A DNA stretch of 24,102 nucleotides, taken from the IMG/VR virus record IMGVR_UViG_3300017925_000171, one strand, 5' to 3'. The position numbers and the translations under genes were made by a program. This document shows, piece by piece, positions 23,723 through 24,102 of this stretch. The notes below the pieces were generated by a model. That model was not told the origin of the DNA. It did not search any database and saw nothing but the letters and a program-made list of their open reading frames with translations. Source of the DNA: a virus. How positions within the stretch are numbered: position 1 is the first letter of the stretch; every line of letters begins with the position of its first letter.

Positions 23723-24049
23723 CTACCGCTCCTCCCCAATCATCGCCAGCACCTTCGCCGTTTCCACGGCCCCGGTCCACCGGACCCGAAGGGCGGGTTC
23801 GTGGGTGGGGTCCACGTCGAACTGGACAGGGAAGGTGCGGAACGACGAGGCGACGTACCAAGCGGCGACCTCGTCGATGTTGCCCTCGGTCCGACCGATG
23901 ACCGCCTTCATGGCGGCGCGGTGTTCGGGGTCGAGGTTCTCGTGGAGGGCGGCCGGGATCTGCTCGGGCGTTCCCGCCCAGAAGAGGCCCAGGGAGCGTG
24001 GCCCGATGAGCCGAATCTTCCAGCGGCCTTCGGTGTCTCCGTCGCTCAC
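23723..24049 (-). CDS. Hypothetical protein (108 aa)
   Basis: GTGA overlap with GGAGGT SD; TAGATG junction downstream. Confidence 0.7.
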   Translation of the reverse strand: MSDGDTEGRWKIRLIGPRSLGLFWAGTPEQIPAALHENLDPEHRAAMKAVIGRTEGNIDEVAAWYVASSFRTFPVQFDVDPTHEPALRVRWTGAVETAKVLAMIGEER

Positions 24050-24102
24050 AGGAGGACCTCCTCCGCCGTCATCTTGGCGATGAACACCTTGCTGAAATCC
24101 AG
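24046..24102 (-). CDS. 3' end of a gene truncated by the window edge
   Basis: LDFSKVFIAKMTAEEVLL*; its TGA overlaps the next GTG start. Confidence 0.5.
   Translation of the reverse strand: MDFSKVFIAKMTAEEVLL

Larger units (their letters stand above)
501..24102 (-). mobile_element. Virus/provirus genome segment (early, replication/recombination and accessory genes), probably archaeal
   Basis: About 55 co-oriented, tightly overlapped small ORFs with phage-type genes (DUF5131, ssDNA annealing protein, HNH, GIY-YIG, DNA methylase, many Zn-ribbon hypotheticals). No housekeeping operon. No integrase or att site in the window, so free virus versus provirus is unresolved. Confidence 0.85.

Noticed and set aside
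1-24102. tRNA, rRNA, CRISPR array, integrase/att site, capsid, terminase or portal genes, DGR elements
   Set aside because: No cloverleaf, regular repeat-spacer array, recombinase motifs, structural-gene motifs, reverse transcriptase or adenine-variable repeat pair were seen by eye.

Overview
GC-rich fragment of a virus or provirus genome, most likely infecting an archaeon (inference from TATA-box promoters, GAGGT/GGAGG Shine-Dalgarno motifs, an MCM-related AAA+ ATPase, a HerA-like ATPase and an archaeal-virus-type Zn-ribbon gene). About 55 mostly small genes run head-to-tail on the minus strand from 24102 to 501, almost all translationally coupled by NTGA, TGATG or TAGATG junctions. They meet two plus-strand genes (a type II phosphomannose-isomerase-like cupin and a hypothetical) at 501-504. 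Recognisable genes: GNAT acetyltransferase, small basic protein, wHTH regulator, GIY-YIG endonuclease, CPHC thioredoxin-fold protein, MCM/RuvB-like AAA+ ATPase, DUF5131 (Gp37/Gp68), HNH endonuclease, HerA/FtsK-like ATPase, Rad52-superfamily-like ssDNA annealing protein, and an N4/N6 DNA methylase fused to an Mrr-like nuclease. No capsid, terminase, portal, integrase, RNA gene or CRISPR array is visible. Two features stand out. (1) A complete HNH endonuclease gene is nested in the +1 frame inside the DUF5131 gene, whose own frame stays open across it. (2) In the 17.5-24.1 kb block, about 14 otherwise dissimilar small proteins share a short terminal helix motif, T-x-x-[VI]-L-x-[AT]-[LI], alongside several internal paralog families. 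All product calls are by eye from motifs, with no database search.
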